From: Auanema rhodensis
Taxonomy: Eukaryota > Animalia > Nematoda
Direction of reading: 5' to 3'
Assembly (NCBI GenBank): GCA_964057225.1
Contig: OZ059897.1
Location: 22,320,001 to 22,384,000, forward strand
DNA length: 64,000 nt
In this document: in pieces, positions 11,601 to 27,100 of the stretch
Position numbering within the stretch: position 1 is the stretch's first letter
Layout of the letters: every line of letters starts with the position of its first letter
Position numbers and translations under genes: made by a program
The notes under the pieces: generated by a model
What the model was told of the DNA's origin: nothing
The model's input: only the letters and a program-made list of their open reading frames with translations
Databases searched by the model: none

Positions 11601-14600
11601 TAACTCGCTTCACGTGAAAGATAAAGAGATGCGGTTTTCAAAATTAGATTCCCCATGTCCATATTAGTCTAAAAACAAATTTTTATTGATATTGGTGCAT
11701 GGTAACCATGACTTTGAAATTTACGTGAACTTTAATTTATGCTAATTAAATGTACACGTGATGTGCACTTGGTATGTAACTCGCTTCACGTGAAAGATAA
11801 AGAGATGCGGTTTTCAAAATTAGATTCCCCATGTCCATATTAGTCTAAAAACAAATTTTTATTGATATTGGTTCATGGTAACCATGACTTTGAAATTTAC
11901 GTGAACTTTAATTTATGCTAATTAAATGTACACGTGATGTGCACTTGGTATGTAACTCGCTTCACGTGAAAGATAAAGAGATGCGGTTTTCAAAACTAGA
12001 TTCCCCATGTCCATATTAGTCTAAAAACAAATTTTTATTGATATTGGTTCATGGTAACCATGACTTTGAAATTTACGTGAACTTTAATTTATGCTAATTA
12101 AATGTACACGTGATGTGCACTTGGTATGTAACTCGCTTCACGTGAAAGATAAAGAGATGCGGTTTTCAAAATTAGATTCCCCATATCCATATTAGTCTAA
12201 AAACAAATTTTTATTGATATTGCTTCATGGTAACCATGACTTTGAAATTTACGTGAACTTTAATTTATGCTAATTAAATGTACACGTGATGTGCACTTGG
12301 TATGTAACTCGCTTCACGTGAAAGATAAAGAGATGCGGTTTTCAAAATTAGATTCCCCATGTCCATATTAGTCTAAAAACAAATTTTTATTGATATTGCT
12401 TCATGGTAACCATGACTTTGAAGTTTACGTGAACTTTAATTTATGCTAATTAAATGTACACGTGATGTGCACTTGGTATGTAACTCGCTTCACGTGAAAG
12501 ATAAAGAGATGCGGTTTTCAAAATTAGATTCCCCATGTCCATATTAGTCTAAAAACAAATTTTTATTGATATTGGTTCATGGTAACCATGACTTTGAAAT
12601 TTACGTGAACTTTAATTTATGCTAATTAAATGTACACGTGATGTGCACTTGGTATGTAACTCGCTTCACGTGAAAGATAAAGAGATGCGGTTTTCAAAAT
12701 TAGATTCCCCATGTCCATATTAGTCTAAAAACAAATTTTTATTGATATTGCTTCATGGTAACCATGACTTTGAAATTTACGTGAACTTTAATTTATGCTA
12801 ATTAAATGTACACGTGATGTGCACTTGGTATGTAACTCGCTTCACGTGAAAGATAAAGAGATGCGGTTTTCAAAATTAGATTCCCCATGTCCATATTAGT
12901 CTAAAAACAAATTTTTATTGATATTGCTTCATGGTAACCATGACTTTGAAGTTTACGTGAACTTTAATTTATGCTAATTAAATGTACACGTGATGTGCAC
13001 TTGGTATGTAACTCGCTTCACGTGAAAGATAAAGAGATGCGGTTTTCAAAATTAGATTCCCCATGTCCATATTAGTCTAAAAACAAATTTTTATTGATAT
13101 TGGTTCATGGTAACCATGACTTTGAAATTTACGTAAACTTTAATTTATGCTAATTAAATGTACACGTGATGTGCACTTGGTATGTAACTCGCTTCACGTG
13201 AAAGATAAAGAGATGCGGTTTTCAAAATTAGATTCCCCATGTCCATATTAGTCTAAAAACAAATTTTTATTGATATTGGTGCATGATAACCATGACTTTG
13301 AAATTTACGTGAACTTTAATTTATGCTAATTAAATGTACACGTGATGTGCACTTGGTATGTAACTCGCTTCACGTGAAAGATAAAGAGATGCGGTTTTCA
13401 AAATTAGATTCCCCATGTCCATATTAGTCTAAAAACAAATTTTTATTGATATTGGTTCATGGTAACCATGACTTTGAAATTTACGTGAACTTTAATTCAT
13501 GCTAATTAAATGTACACGTGATGTGCACTTGGTATGTAACTCGCTTCACGTGAAAGATAAAGAGATGCAGTTTTCAAAATTAGATTCCCCATGTCCATAT
13601 TAGTCTAAAAACAAATTTTTATTGATATTGGTTCATGGTAACCATGACTTTGAAATTTACGTGAACTTTAATTTATGCTAATTAAATGTACACGTGATGT
13701 GCACTTGGTATGTAACTCGCTTCACGTGAAAGATAAAGAGATGCGGTTTTCAAAATTAGATTCCCCATGTCCATATTAGCCTAAAAACAAATTTTTATTG
13801 ATATTGGTTCATGGTAACCATGACTTTGAAATTTACGTGAACTTTAATTTATGCTAATTAAATGTACACGTGATGTGCACTTGGTATGTAACTCGCTTCA
13901 CGTGAAAGATAAAGAGATGCGGTTTTCAAAATTAGATTCCCCATGTCCATATTAGTCTAAAAACAAATTTTTATTGATATTGGTTCATGGTAACCATGAC
14001 TTTGAAATTTACGTGAACTTTAATTTATGCTAATTAAATGTACACGTGATGTGCACTTGGTATGTAACTCGCTTCACGTGAAAGATAAAGAGATGCGGTT
14101 TTCAAAATTAGATTCCCCATGTCCATATTAGTCTAAAAACAAATTTTTATTGATATTGGTTCATGGTAACCATGACTTTGAAATTTACGTGAACTTTAAT
14201 TTATGCTAATTAAATGTACACGTGATGTGCACTTGGTATGTAACTCGCTTCACGTGAAAGATAAAGAGATGCGGTTTTCAAAATTAGATTCCCCATGTCC
14301 ATATTAGTCTAAAAACAAATTTTTATTGATATTGGTTCATGGTAACCATGACTTTGAAATTTACGTGAACTTTAATTTATGCTAATTAAATGTACACGTG
14401 ATGTGCACTTGGTGTGTAACTCGCTTCACGTGAAAGATAAAGAGATGCAGTTTTCAAAATTAGATTCCCCATGTCCATATTAGTCTAAAAACAAATTTTT
14501 ATTGATATTGGTTCATGGTAACCATGACTTTGAAATTTACGTGAACTTTAATTTATGCTAATTAAATGTACACGTGATGTGCACTTGGTATGTAACTCGC

Positions 14601-14608
14601 TTCACGTG

Positions 14609-17600
14609 AAAGATAAAGAGATGCGGTTTTCAAAATTAGATTCCCCATGTCCATATTAGTCTAAAAACAAATTTTTATTGATATTGGTGCATGGTAACCA
14701 TGACTTTGAAATTTACGTGAACTTTAATTTATGCTAATTAAATGTACACGTGATGTGCACTTGGTATGTAACTCGCTTCACGTGAAAGATAAAGAAATGC
14801 GGTTTTCAAAATTAGATTCCCCATGTCCATATTAGTCTAAAAACAAATTTTTATTGATATTGGTTCATGGTAACCATGACTTTGAAATTTACGTGAACTT
14901 TAATTTATGCTAATTAAATGTACACGTGATGTGCACTTGGTATGTAACTCGCTTCACGTGAAAGATAAAGAGATGCGGTTTTCAAAATTAGATTCCCCAT
15001 GTCCATATTAGTCTAAAAACAAATTTTTATTGATATTGGTTCATGGTAACCATGACTTTGAAATTTACGTGAACTTTAATTTATGCTAATTAAATGTACA
15101 CGTGATGTGCACTTGGTATGTAACTCGCTTCACGTGAAAGATAAAGAGATGCAGTTTTCAAAATTAGATTCCCCATGTCCATATTAGTCTAAAAACAAAT
15201 TTTTATTGATATTGGTTCATGGTAACCATGACTTTGAAATTTACGTGAACTTTAATTTATGCTAATTAAATGTACACGTGATGTGCACTTGGTATGTAAC
15301 TCGCTTCACGTGAAAGATAAAGAGATGCGGTTTTCAAAATTAGATTCCCCATGTCCATATTAGTCTAAAAACAAATTTTTATTGATATTGGTGCATGGTA
15401 ACCATGACTTTGAAATTTACGTGAACTTTAATTTATGCTAATTAAATGTACACGTGATGTGCACTTGGTATGTAACTCGCTTCACGTGAAAGATAAAGAG
15501 ATGCGGTTTTCAAAATTAGATTCCCCATGTCCATATTAGTCTAAAAACAAATTTTTATTGATATTGGTTCATGGTAACCATGACTTTGAAATTTACGTGA
15601 ACTTTAATTTATGCTAATTAAATGTACACGTGATGTGCACTTGGTATGTAACTCGCTTCACGTGAAATATAAAGAGATTCGGTTTTCAAAATTAGATTCC
15701 CCATGTCCATATTAGTCTAAAAACAAATTTTTATTGATATTGCTTCATGGTAACCATGACTTTGAAATTTACGTGAACTTTAATTTATGCTAATTAAATG
15801 TACACGTGATGTGCACTTGGTATGTAACTCGCTTCACGTGAAAGATAAAGAGATGCGGTTTTCAAAATTAGATTCCCCATGTCCATATTAGTCTAAAAAC
15901 AAATTTTTATTGATATTGGTTCATGGTAACCATGACTTTGAAATTTACGTGAACTTTAATTTATGCTAATTAAATGTACACGTGATGTGCACTTGGTATG
16001 TAACTCGCTTCACGTGAAAGATAAAGAGATGCGGTTTTCAAAATTAGATTTCCCATGTCTATATTAGTCTAAAAACAAATTTTTATTGATATTGGTGCAT
16101 GGTAACCATGACTTTGAAATTTACGTGAACTTTAATTTATGCTAATTAAATGTACACGTGATGTGCACTTGGTATGTAACTCGCTTCACGTGAAAGATAA
16201 AGAGATGCGGTTTTCAAAATTAGATTCCCCATGTCCATATTAGTCTAAAAACAAATTTTTATTGATATTGCTTCATGGTAACCATGACTTTGAAATTTAC
16301 GTGAACTTTAATTTATGCTAATTAAATGTACACGTGATGTGCACTTGGTATGTAACTCGCTTCACGTGAAAGATAAAGAGATGCGGTTTTCAAAATTAGA
16401 TTCCCCATGTCCATATTAGTCTAAAAACAAATTTTTATTGATATTGCTTCATGGTAACCATGACTTTGAAGTTTACGTGAACTTTAATTTATGCTAATTA
16501 AATGTACACGTGATGTGCACTTGGTATGTAACTCGCTTCACGTGAAAGATAAAGAGATGCGGTTTTCAAAATTAGATTCCCCATGTCCATATTAGTCTAA
16601 AAACAAATTTTTATTGATATTGGTTCATGGTAACCATGACTTTGAAATTTACGTAAACTTTAATTTATGCTAATTAAATGTACACGTGATGTGCACTTGG
16701 TATGTAACTCGCTTCACGTGAAAGATAAAGAGATGCGGTTTTCAAAATTAGATTCCCCATGTCCATATTAGTCTATAAACAAATTTTTATTGATATTGGT
16801 TCATGGTAACCATGACTTTGAAATTTACGTGAACTTTAATTTATGCTAATTAAATGTACACGTGATGTGCACTTGGTATGTAACTCGCTTCACGTGAAAG
16901 ATAAAGAGATGCGGTTTTCAAAATTAGATTCCCCATGTCCATATTAGTCTAAAAACAAATTTTTATTGATATTGGTGCATGGTAACCATGACTTTGAAAT
17001 TTACGTGAACTTTAATTTATGCTAATTAAATGTACACGTGATGTGCACTTGGTATGTAACTCGCTTCACGTGAAAGATAAAGAAATGCGGTTTTCAAAAT
17101 TAGATTCCCCATGTCCATATTAGTCTAAAAACAAATTTTTATTGATATTGGTTCATGGTAACCATGACTTTGAAATTTACGTGAACTTTAATTTATGCTA
17201 ATTAAATGTACACGTGATGTGCACTTGGTATGTAACTCGCTTCACGTGAAAGATAAAGAGATGCGGTTTTCAAAATTAGATTCCCCATGTCCATATTAGT
17301 CTAAAAACAAATTTTTATTGATATTGGTTCATGGTAACCATGACTTTGAAATTTACGTGAACTTTAATTTATGCTAATTAAATGTACACGTGATGTGCAC
17401 TTGGTATGTAACTCGCTTCACGTGAAAGATAAAGAGATGCAGTTTTCAAAATTAGATTCCCCATGTCCATATTAGTCTAAAAACAAATTTTTATTGATAT
17501 TGGTTCATGGTAACCATGACTTTGAAATTTACGTGAACTTTAATTTATGCTAATTAAATGTACACGTGATGTGCACTTGGTATGTAACTCGCTTCACGTG

Positions 17601-20600
17601 AAAGATAAAGAGATGCGGTTTTCAAAATTAGATTCCCCATGTCCATATTAGTCTAAAAACAAATTTTTATTGATATTGGTGCATGGTAACCATGACTTTG
17701 AAATTTACGTGAACTTTAATTTATGCTAATTAAATGTACACGTGATGTGCACTTGGTATGTAACTCGCTTCACGTGAAAGATAAAGAGATGCGGTTTTCA
17801 AAATTAGATTCCCCATGTCCATATTAGTCTAAAAACAAATTTTTATTGATATTGGTTCATGGTAACCATGACTTTGAAATTTACGTGAACTTTAATTTAT
17901 GCTAATTAAATGTACACGTGATGTGCACTTGGTATGTAACTCGCTTCACGTGAAATATAAAGAGATTCGGTTTTCAAAATTAGATTCCCCATGTCCATAT
18001 TAGTCTAAAAACAAATTTTTATTGATATTGCTTCATGGTAACCATGACTTTGAAATTTACGTGAACTTTAATTTATGCTAATTAAATGTACACGTGATGT
18101 GCACTTGGTATGTAACTCGCTTCACGTGAAAGATAAAGAGATGCGGTTTTCAAAATTAGATTCCCCATGTCCATATTAGTCTAAAAACAAATTTTTATTG
18201 ATATTGGTTCATGGTAACCATGACTTTGAAATTTACGTGAACTTTAATTTATGCTAATTAAATGTACACGTGATGTGCACTTGGTATGTAACTCGCTTCA
18301 CGTGAAAGATAAAGAGATGCGGTTTTCAAAATTAGATTTCCCATGTCCATATTAGTCTAAAAACAAATTTTTATTGATATTGGTGCATGGTAACCATGAC
18401 TTTGAAATTTACGTGAACTTTAATTTATGCTAATTAAATGTACACGTGATGTGCACTTGGTATGTAACTCGCTTCACGTGAAAGATAAAGAGATGCGGTT
18501 TTCAAAATTAGATTCCCCATGTCCATATTAGTCTAAAAACAAATTTTTATTGATATTGCTTCATGGTAACCATGACTTTGAAATTTACGTGAACTTTAAT
18601 TTATGCTAATTAAATGTACACGTGATGTGCACTTGGTATGTAACTCGCTTCACGTGAAAGATAAAGAGATGCGGTTTTCAAAATTAGATTCCCCATGTCC
18701 ATATTAGTCTAAAAACAAATTTTTATTGATATTGCTTCATGGTAACCATGACTTTGAAGTTTACGTGAACTTTAATTTATGCTAATTAAATGTACACGTG
18801 ATGTGCACTTGGTATGTAACTCGCTTCACGTGAAAGATAAAGAGATGCGGTTTTCAAAATTAGATTCCCCATGTCCATATTAGTCTAAAAACAAATTTTT
18901 ATTGATATTGGTTCATGGTAACCATGACTTTGAAATTTACGTGAACTTTAATTTATGCTAATTAAATGTACACGTGATGTGCACTTGGTATGTAACTCGC
19001 TTCACGTGAAAGATAAAGAGATGCGGTTTTCAAAATTAGATTCCCCATGTCCATATTAGTCTAAAAACAAATTTTTATTGATATTGGTGCATGGTAACCA
19101 TGACTTTGAAATTTACGTGAACTTTAATTTATGCTAATTAAATGTACACGTGATGTGCACTTGGTATGTAACTCGCTTCACGTGAAAGATAAAGAAATGC
19201 GGTTTTCAAAATTAGATTCCCCATGTCCATATTAGTCTAAAAACAAATTTTTATTGATATTGGTTCATGGTAACCATGACTTTGAAATTTACGTGAACTT
19301 TAATTTATGCTAATTAAATGTACACGTGATGTGCACTTGGTATGTAACTCGCTTCACGTGAAAGATAAAGAGATGCGGTTTTCAAAATTAGATTCCCCAT
19401 GTCCATATTAGTCTAAAAACAAATATTTATTGATATTGGTTCATGGTAACCATGACTTTGAAATTTACGTGAACTTTAATTTATGCTAATTAAATGTACA
19501 CGTGATGTGCACTTGGTATGTAACTCGCTTCACGTGAAAGATAAAGAGATGCAGTTTTCAAAATTAGATTCCCCATGTCCATATTAGTCTAAAAACAAAT
19601 TTTTATTGATATTGGTTCATGGTAACCATGACTTTGAAATTTACGTGAACTTTAATTTATGCTAATTAAATGTACACGTGATGTGCACTTGGTATGTAAC
19701 TCGCTTCACGTGAAAGATAAAGAGATGCGGTTTTCAAAATTAGATTCCCCATGTCCATATTAGTCTAAAAACAAATTTTTATTGATATTGGTGCATGGTA
19801 ACCATGACTTTGAAATTTACGTGAACTTTAATTTATGCGAATTAAATGTACACGTGATGTGCACTTGGTATGTAACTCGCTTCACGTGAAAGATAAAGAG
19901 ATGCGGTTTTCAAAATTAGATTCCCCATGTCCATATTAGTCTAAAAACAAATTTTTATTGATATTGGTTCATGGTAACCATGACTTTGAAATTTACGTGA
20001 ACTTTAATTTATGCTAATTAAATGTACACGTGATGTGCACTTGGTATGTAACTCGCTTCACGTGAAATATAAAGAGATTCGGTTTTCAAAATTAGATTCC
20101 CCATGTCCATATTAGTCTAAAAACAAATTTTTATTGATATTGCTTCATGGTAACCATGACTTTGAAATTTACGTGAACTTTAATTTATGCTAATTAAATG
20201 TACACGTGATGTGCACTTGGTATGTAACTCGCTTCACGTGAAAGATAAAGAGATGCGGTTTTCAAAATTAGATTCCCCATGTCCATATTAGTCTAAAAAC
20301 AAATTTTTATTGATATTGGTTCATGGTAACCATGACTTTGAAATTTACGTGAACTTTAATTTATGCTAATTAAATGTACACGTGATGTGCACTTGGTATG
20401 TAACTCGCTTCACGTGAAAGATAAAGAGATGCGGTTTTCAAAATTAGATTTCCCATGTCCATATTAGTCTAAAAACAAATTTTTATTGATATTGGTGCAT
20501 GGTAACCATGACTTTGAAATTTACGTGAACTTTAATTTATGCTAATTAAATGTACACGTGATGTGCACTTGGTATGTAACTCGCTTCACGTGAAAGATAA

Positions 20601-21120
20601 AGAGATGCGGTTTTCAAAATTAGATTCCCCATGTCCATATTAGTCTAAAAACAAATTTTTATTGATATTGCTTCATGGTAACCATGACTTTGAAATTTAC
20701 GTGAACTTTAATTTATGCTAATTAAATGTACACGTGATGTGCACTTGGTATGTAACTCGCTTCACGTGAAAGATAAAGAGATGCGGTTTTCAAAATTAGA
20801 TTCCCCATGTCCATATTAGTCTAAAAACAAATTTTTATTGATATTGCTTCATGGTAACCATGACTTTGAAGTTTACGTGAACTTTAATTTATGCTAATTA
20901 AATGTACACGTGATGTGCACTTGGTATGTAACTCGCTTCACGTGAAAGATAAAGAGATGCGGTTTTCAAAATTAGATTCCCCATGTCCATATTAGTCTAA
21001 AAACAAATTTTTATTGATATTGGTTCATGGTAACCATGACTTTGAAATTTACGTAAACTTTAATTTATGCTAATTAAATGTACACGTGATGTGCACTTGG
21101 TATGTAACTCGCTTCACGTG
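14609..21120 (+). repeat. 12/13-monomer higher-order repeat, about 3 copies
   Basis: The diagnostic monomer AAATATAAAGAGATTCGG occurs at 15668, 17956 (+2288 = 13 monomers) and 20068 (+2112 = 12 monomers), with the same ordered flanking variants (GAAATG, GCAG, GTGC, TTTCCC, GCTT, GAAGT). Confidence 0.85.
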
Positions 21121-24100
21121 AAAGATAAAGAGATGCGGTTTTCAAAATTAGATTCCCCATGTCCATATTAGTCTATAAACAAATTTTTATTGATATTGGT
21201 TCATGGTAACCATGACTTTGAAGTTTACGTGAACTTTAATTTATGCTAATTAAATGTACACGTGATGTGCACTTGGTATGTAACTCGCTTCACGTGAAAG
21301 ATAAAGAGATGCAGTTTTCAAAATTAGATTCCCCATGTCCATATTAGTCTAAAAACAAATTTTTATTGATATTGGTGCATGGTAACCATGACTTTGAAAT
21401 TTACGTGAACTTTAATTTATGCTATTTAAATGTACACGTGATGTGCACTTGGTATGTAACTCGCTTCACGTGAAAGATAAAGAGATGCGGTTTTCAAAAT
21501 TAGATTCCCCATGTCCATATTAGTCTAAAAACAAATTTTTATTGATATTGGTTCATGGTAACCATGACTTTGAAATTTACGTGAACTTTAATTTATGCTA
21601 ATTAAATGTACACGTGATGTGCACTTGGTATGTAACTCGCTTCACGTGAAAGATAAAGAGATGCAGTTTTCAAAATTAGATTCCCCATGTCCATATTAGT
21701 CTAAAAACAAATTTTTATTGATATTGGTGCATGGTAACCATGACTTTGAAATTTACGTGAACTTTAATTTATGCTAATTAAATGTACACGTGATGTGCAC
21801 TTGGTATGTAACTCGCTTCACGTGAAAGATAAAGAGATGCGGTTTTCAAAATTAGATTCCCCATGTCCATATTAGTCTAAAAACAAATTTTTATTGATAT
21901 TGCTTCATGGTAACCATGACTTTGAAATTTACGTGAACTTTAATTTATGCTAATTAAATGTACACGTGATGTGCACTTGGTATGTAACTCGCTTCACGTG
22001 AAAGATAAAGAGATGCGGTTTTCAAAATTAGATTCCCCATGTCCATATTAGTCTAAAAACAAATTTTTATTGATATTGGTTCATGGTAACCATGACTTTG
22101 AAATTTACGTAAACTTTAATTTATGCTAATTAAATGTACACGTGATGTGCACTTGGTATGTAACTCGCTTCACGTGAAAGATAAAGAGATGCGGTTTTCA
22201 AAATTAGATTCCCCATGTCCATATTAGTCTATAAACAAATTTTTATTGATATTGGTTCATGGTAACCATGACTTTGAAGTTTACGTGAACTTTAATTTAT
22301 GCTAATTAAATGTACACGTGATGTGCACTTGGTATGTAACTCGCTTCACGTGAAAGATAAAGAGATGCAGTTTTCAAAATTAGATTCCCCATGTCCATAT
22401 TAGTCTAAAAACAAATTTTTATTGATATTGGTGCATGGTAACCATGACTTTGAAATTTACGTGAACTTTAATTTATGCTAATTAAATGTACACGTGATGT
22501 GCACTTGGTATGTAACTCGCTTCACGTGAAAGATAAAGAGATGCGGTTTTCAAAATTAGATTCCCCATGTCCATATTAGTCTAAAAACAAATTTTTATTG
22601 ATATTGGTTCATGGTAACCATGACTTTGAAATTTACGTGAACTTTAATTTATGCTAATTAAATGTACACGTGATGTGCACTTGGTATGTAACTCGCTTCA
22701 CGTGAAAGATAAAGAGATGCGGTTTTCAAAATTAGATTTCCCATGTCCATATTAGTCTAAAAACAAATTTTTATTGATATTGGTGCATGGTAACCATGAC
22801 TTTGAAATTTACGTGAACTTTAATTTATGCTAATTAAATGTACACGTGATGTGCACTTGGTATGTAACTCGCTTCACGTGAAAGATAAAGAGATGCGGTT
22901 TTCAAAATTAGATTCCCCATGTCCATATTAGTCTAAAAACAAATTTTTATTGATATTGCTTCATGGTAACCATGACTTTGAAATTTACGTGAACTTTAAT
23001 TTATGCTAATTAAATGTACACGTGATGTGCACTTGGTATGTAACTCGCTTCACGTGAAAGATAAAGAGATGCGGTTTTCAAAATTAGATTCCCCATGTCC
23101 ATATTAGTCTAAAAACAAATTTTTATTGATATTGCTTCATGGTAACCATGACTTTGAAGTTTACGTGAACTTTAATTTATGCTAATTAAATGTACACGTG
23201 ATGTGCACTTGGTATGTAACTCGCTTCACGTGAAAGATAAAGAGATGCGGTTTTCAAAATTAGATTCCCCATGTCCATATTAGTCTAAAAACAAATTTTT
23301 ATTGATATTGGTTCATGGTAACCATGACTTTGAAATTTACGTAAACTTTAATTTATGCTAATTAAATGTACACGTGATGTGCACTTGGTATGTAACTCGC
23401 TTCACGTGAAAGATAAAGAGATGCGGTTTTCAAAATTAGATTCCCCATGTCCATATTAGTCTATAAACAAATTTTTATTGATATTGGTTCATGGTAACCA
23501 TGACTTTGAAGTTTACGTGAACTTTAATTTATGCTAATTAAATGTACACGTGATGTGCACTTGGTATGTAACTCGCTTCACGTGAAAGATAAAGAGATGC
23601 AGTTTTCAAAATTAGATTCCCCATGTCCATATTAGTCTAAAAACAAATTTTTATTGATATTGGTGCATGGTAACCATGACTTTGAAATTTACGTGAACTT
23701 TAATTTATGCTATTTAAATGTACACGTGATGTGCACTTGGTATGTAACTCGCTTCACGTGAAAGATAAAGAGATGCGGTTTTCAAAATTAGATTCCCCAT
23801 GTCCATATTAGTCTAAAAACAAATTTTTATTGATATTGGTTCATGGTAACCATGACTTTGAAATTTACGTGAACTTTAATTTATGCTAATTAAATGTACA
23901 CGTGATGTGCACTTGGTATGTAACTCGCTTCACGTGAAAGATAAAGAGATGCAGTTTTCAAAATTAGATTCCCCATGTCCATATTAGTCTAAAAACAAAT
24001 TTTTATTGATATTGGTGCATGGTAACCATGACTTTGAAATTTACGTGAACTTTAATTTATGCTAATTAAATGTACACGTGATGTGCACTTGGTATGTAAC

Positions 24101-27100
24101 TCGCTTCACGTGAAAGATAAAGAGATGCGGTTTTCAAAATTAGATTCCCCATGTCCATATTAGTCTAAAAACAAATTTTTATTGATATTGCTTCATGGTA
24201 ACCATGACTTTGAAATTTACGTGAACTTTAATTTATGCTAATTAAATGTACACGTGATGTGCACTTGGTATGTAACTCGCTTCACGTGAAAGATAAAGAG
24301 ATGCGGTTTTCAAAATTAGATTCCCCATGTCCATATTAGTCTAAAAACAAATTTTTATTGATATTGGTTCATGGTAACCATGACTTTGAAATTTACGTAA
24401 ACTTTAATTTATGCTAATTAAATGTACACGTGATGTGCACTTGGTATGTAACTCGCTTCACGTGAAAGATAAAGAGATGCGGTTTTCAAAATTAGATTCC
24501 CCATGTCCATATTAGTCTATAAACAAATTTTTATTGATATTGGTTCATGGTAACCATGACTTTGAAGTTTACGTGAACTTTAATTTATGCTAATTAAATG
24601 TACACGTGATGTGCACTTGGTATGTAACTCGCTTCACGTGAAAGATAAAGAGATGCAGTTTTCAAAATTAGATTCCCCATGTCCATATTAGTCTAAAAAC
24701 AAATTTTTATTGATATTGGTGCATGGTAACCATGACTTTGAAATTTACGTGAACTTTAATTTATGCTAATTAAATGTACACGTGATGTGCACTTGGTATG
24801 TAACTCGCTTCACGTGAAAGATAAAGAGATGCGGTTTTCAAAATTAGATTCCCCATGTCCATATTAGTCTAAAAACAAATTTTTATTGATATTGGTTCAT
24901 GGTAACCATGACTTTGAAATTTACGTGAACTTTAATTTATGCTAATTAAATGTACACGTGATGTGCACTTGGTATGTAACTCGCTTCACGTGAAAGATAA
25001 AGAGATGCAGTTTTCAAAATTAGATTCCCCATGTCCATATTAGTCTAAAAACAAATTTTTATTGATATTGGTGCATGGTAACCATGACTTTGAAATTTAC
25101 GTGAACTTTAATTTATGCTAATTAAATGTACACGTGATGTGCACTTGGTATGTAACTCGCTTCACGTGAAAGATAAAGAGATGCGGTTTTCAAAATTAGA
25201 TTCCCCATGTCCATATTAGTCTAAAAACAAATTTTTATTGATATTGCTTCATGGTAACCATGACTTTGAAATTTACGTGAACTTTAATTTATGCTAATTA
25301 AATGTACACGTGATGTGCACTTGGTATGTAACTCGCTTCACGTGAAAGATAAAGAGATGCGGTTTTCAAAATTAGATTCCCCATGTCCATATTAGTCTAA
25401 AAACAAATTTTTATTGATATTGGTTCATGGTAACCATGACTTTGAAATTTACGTGAACTTTAATTTATGCTAATTAAATGTACACGTGATGTGCACTTGG
25501 TATGTAACTCGCTTCACGTGAAAGATAAAGAGATGCGGTTTTCAAAATTAGATTTCCCATGTCCATATTAGTCTAAAAACAAATTTTTATTGATATTGGT
25601 GCATGGTAACCATGACTTTGAAATTTACGTGAACTTTAATTTATGCTAATTAAATGTACACGTGATGTGCACTTGGTATGTAACTCGCTTCACGTGAAAG
25701 ATAAAGAGATGCGGTTTTCAAAATTAGATTCCCCATGTCCATATTAGTCTAAAAACAAATTTTTATTGATATTGCTTCATGGTAACCATGACTTTGAAAT
25801 TTACGTGAACTTTAATTTATGCTAATTAAATGTACACGTGATGTGCACTTGGTATGTAACTCGCTTCACGTGAAAGATAAAGAGATGCGGTTTTCAAAAT
25901 TAGATTCCCCATGTCCATATTAGTCTAAAAACAAATTTTTATTGATATTGCTTCATGGTAACCATGACTTTGAAGTTTACGTGAACTTTAATTTATGCTA
26001 ATTAAATGTACACGTGATGTGCACTTGGTATGTAACTCGCTTCACGTGAAAGATAAAGAGATGCGGTTTTCAAAATTAGATTCCCCATGTCCATATTAGT
26101 CTAAAAACAAATTTTTATTGATATTGGTTCATGGTAACCATGACTTTGAAATTTACGTAAACTTTAATTTATGCTAATTAAATGTACACGTGATGTGCAC
26201 TTGGTATGTAACTCGCTTCACGTGAAAGATAAAGAGATGCGGTTTTCAAAATTAGATTCCCCATGTCCATATTAGTCTATAAACAAATTTTTATTGATAT
26301 TGGTTCATGGTAACCATGACTTTGAAGTTTACGTGAACTTTAATTTATGCTAATTAAATGTACACGTGATGTGCACTTGGTATGTAACTCGCTTCACGTG
26401 AAAGATAAAGAGATGCAGTTTTCAAAATTAGATTCCCCATGTCCATATTAGTCTAAAAACAAATTTTTATTGATATTGGTGCATGGTAACCATGACTTTG
26501 AAATTTACGTGAACTTTAATTTATGCTAATTAAATGTACACGTGATGTGCACTTGGTATGTAACTCGCTTCACGTGAAAGATAAAGAGATGCGGTTTTCA
26601 AAATTAGATTCCCCATGTCCATATTAGTCTAAAAACAAATTTTTATTGATATTGGTTCATGGTAACCATGACTTTGAAATTTACGTGAACTTTAATTTAT
26701 GCTAATTAAATGTACACGTGATGTGCACTTGGTATGTAACTCGCTTCACGTGAAAGATAAAGAGATGCAGTTTTCAAAATTAGATTCCCCATGTCCATAT
26801 TAGTCTAAAAACAAATTTTTATTGATATTGGTGCATGGTAACCATGACTTTGAAATTTACGTGAACTTTAATTTATGCTAATTAAATGTACACGTGATGT
26901 GCACTTGGTATGTAACTCGCTTCACGTGAAAGATAAAGAGATGCGGTTTTCAAAATTAGATTCCCCATGTCCATATTAGTCTAAAAACAAATTTTTATTG
27001 ATATTGCTTCATGGTAACCATGACTTTGAAATTTACGTGAACTTTAATTTATGCTAATTAAATGTACACGTGATGTGCACTTGGTATGTAACTCGCTTCA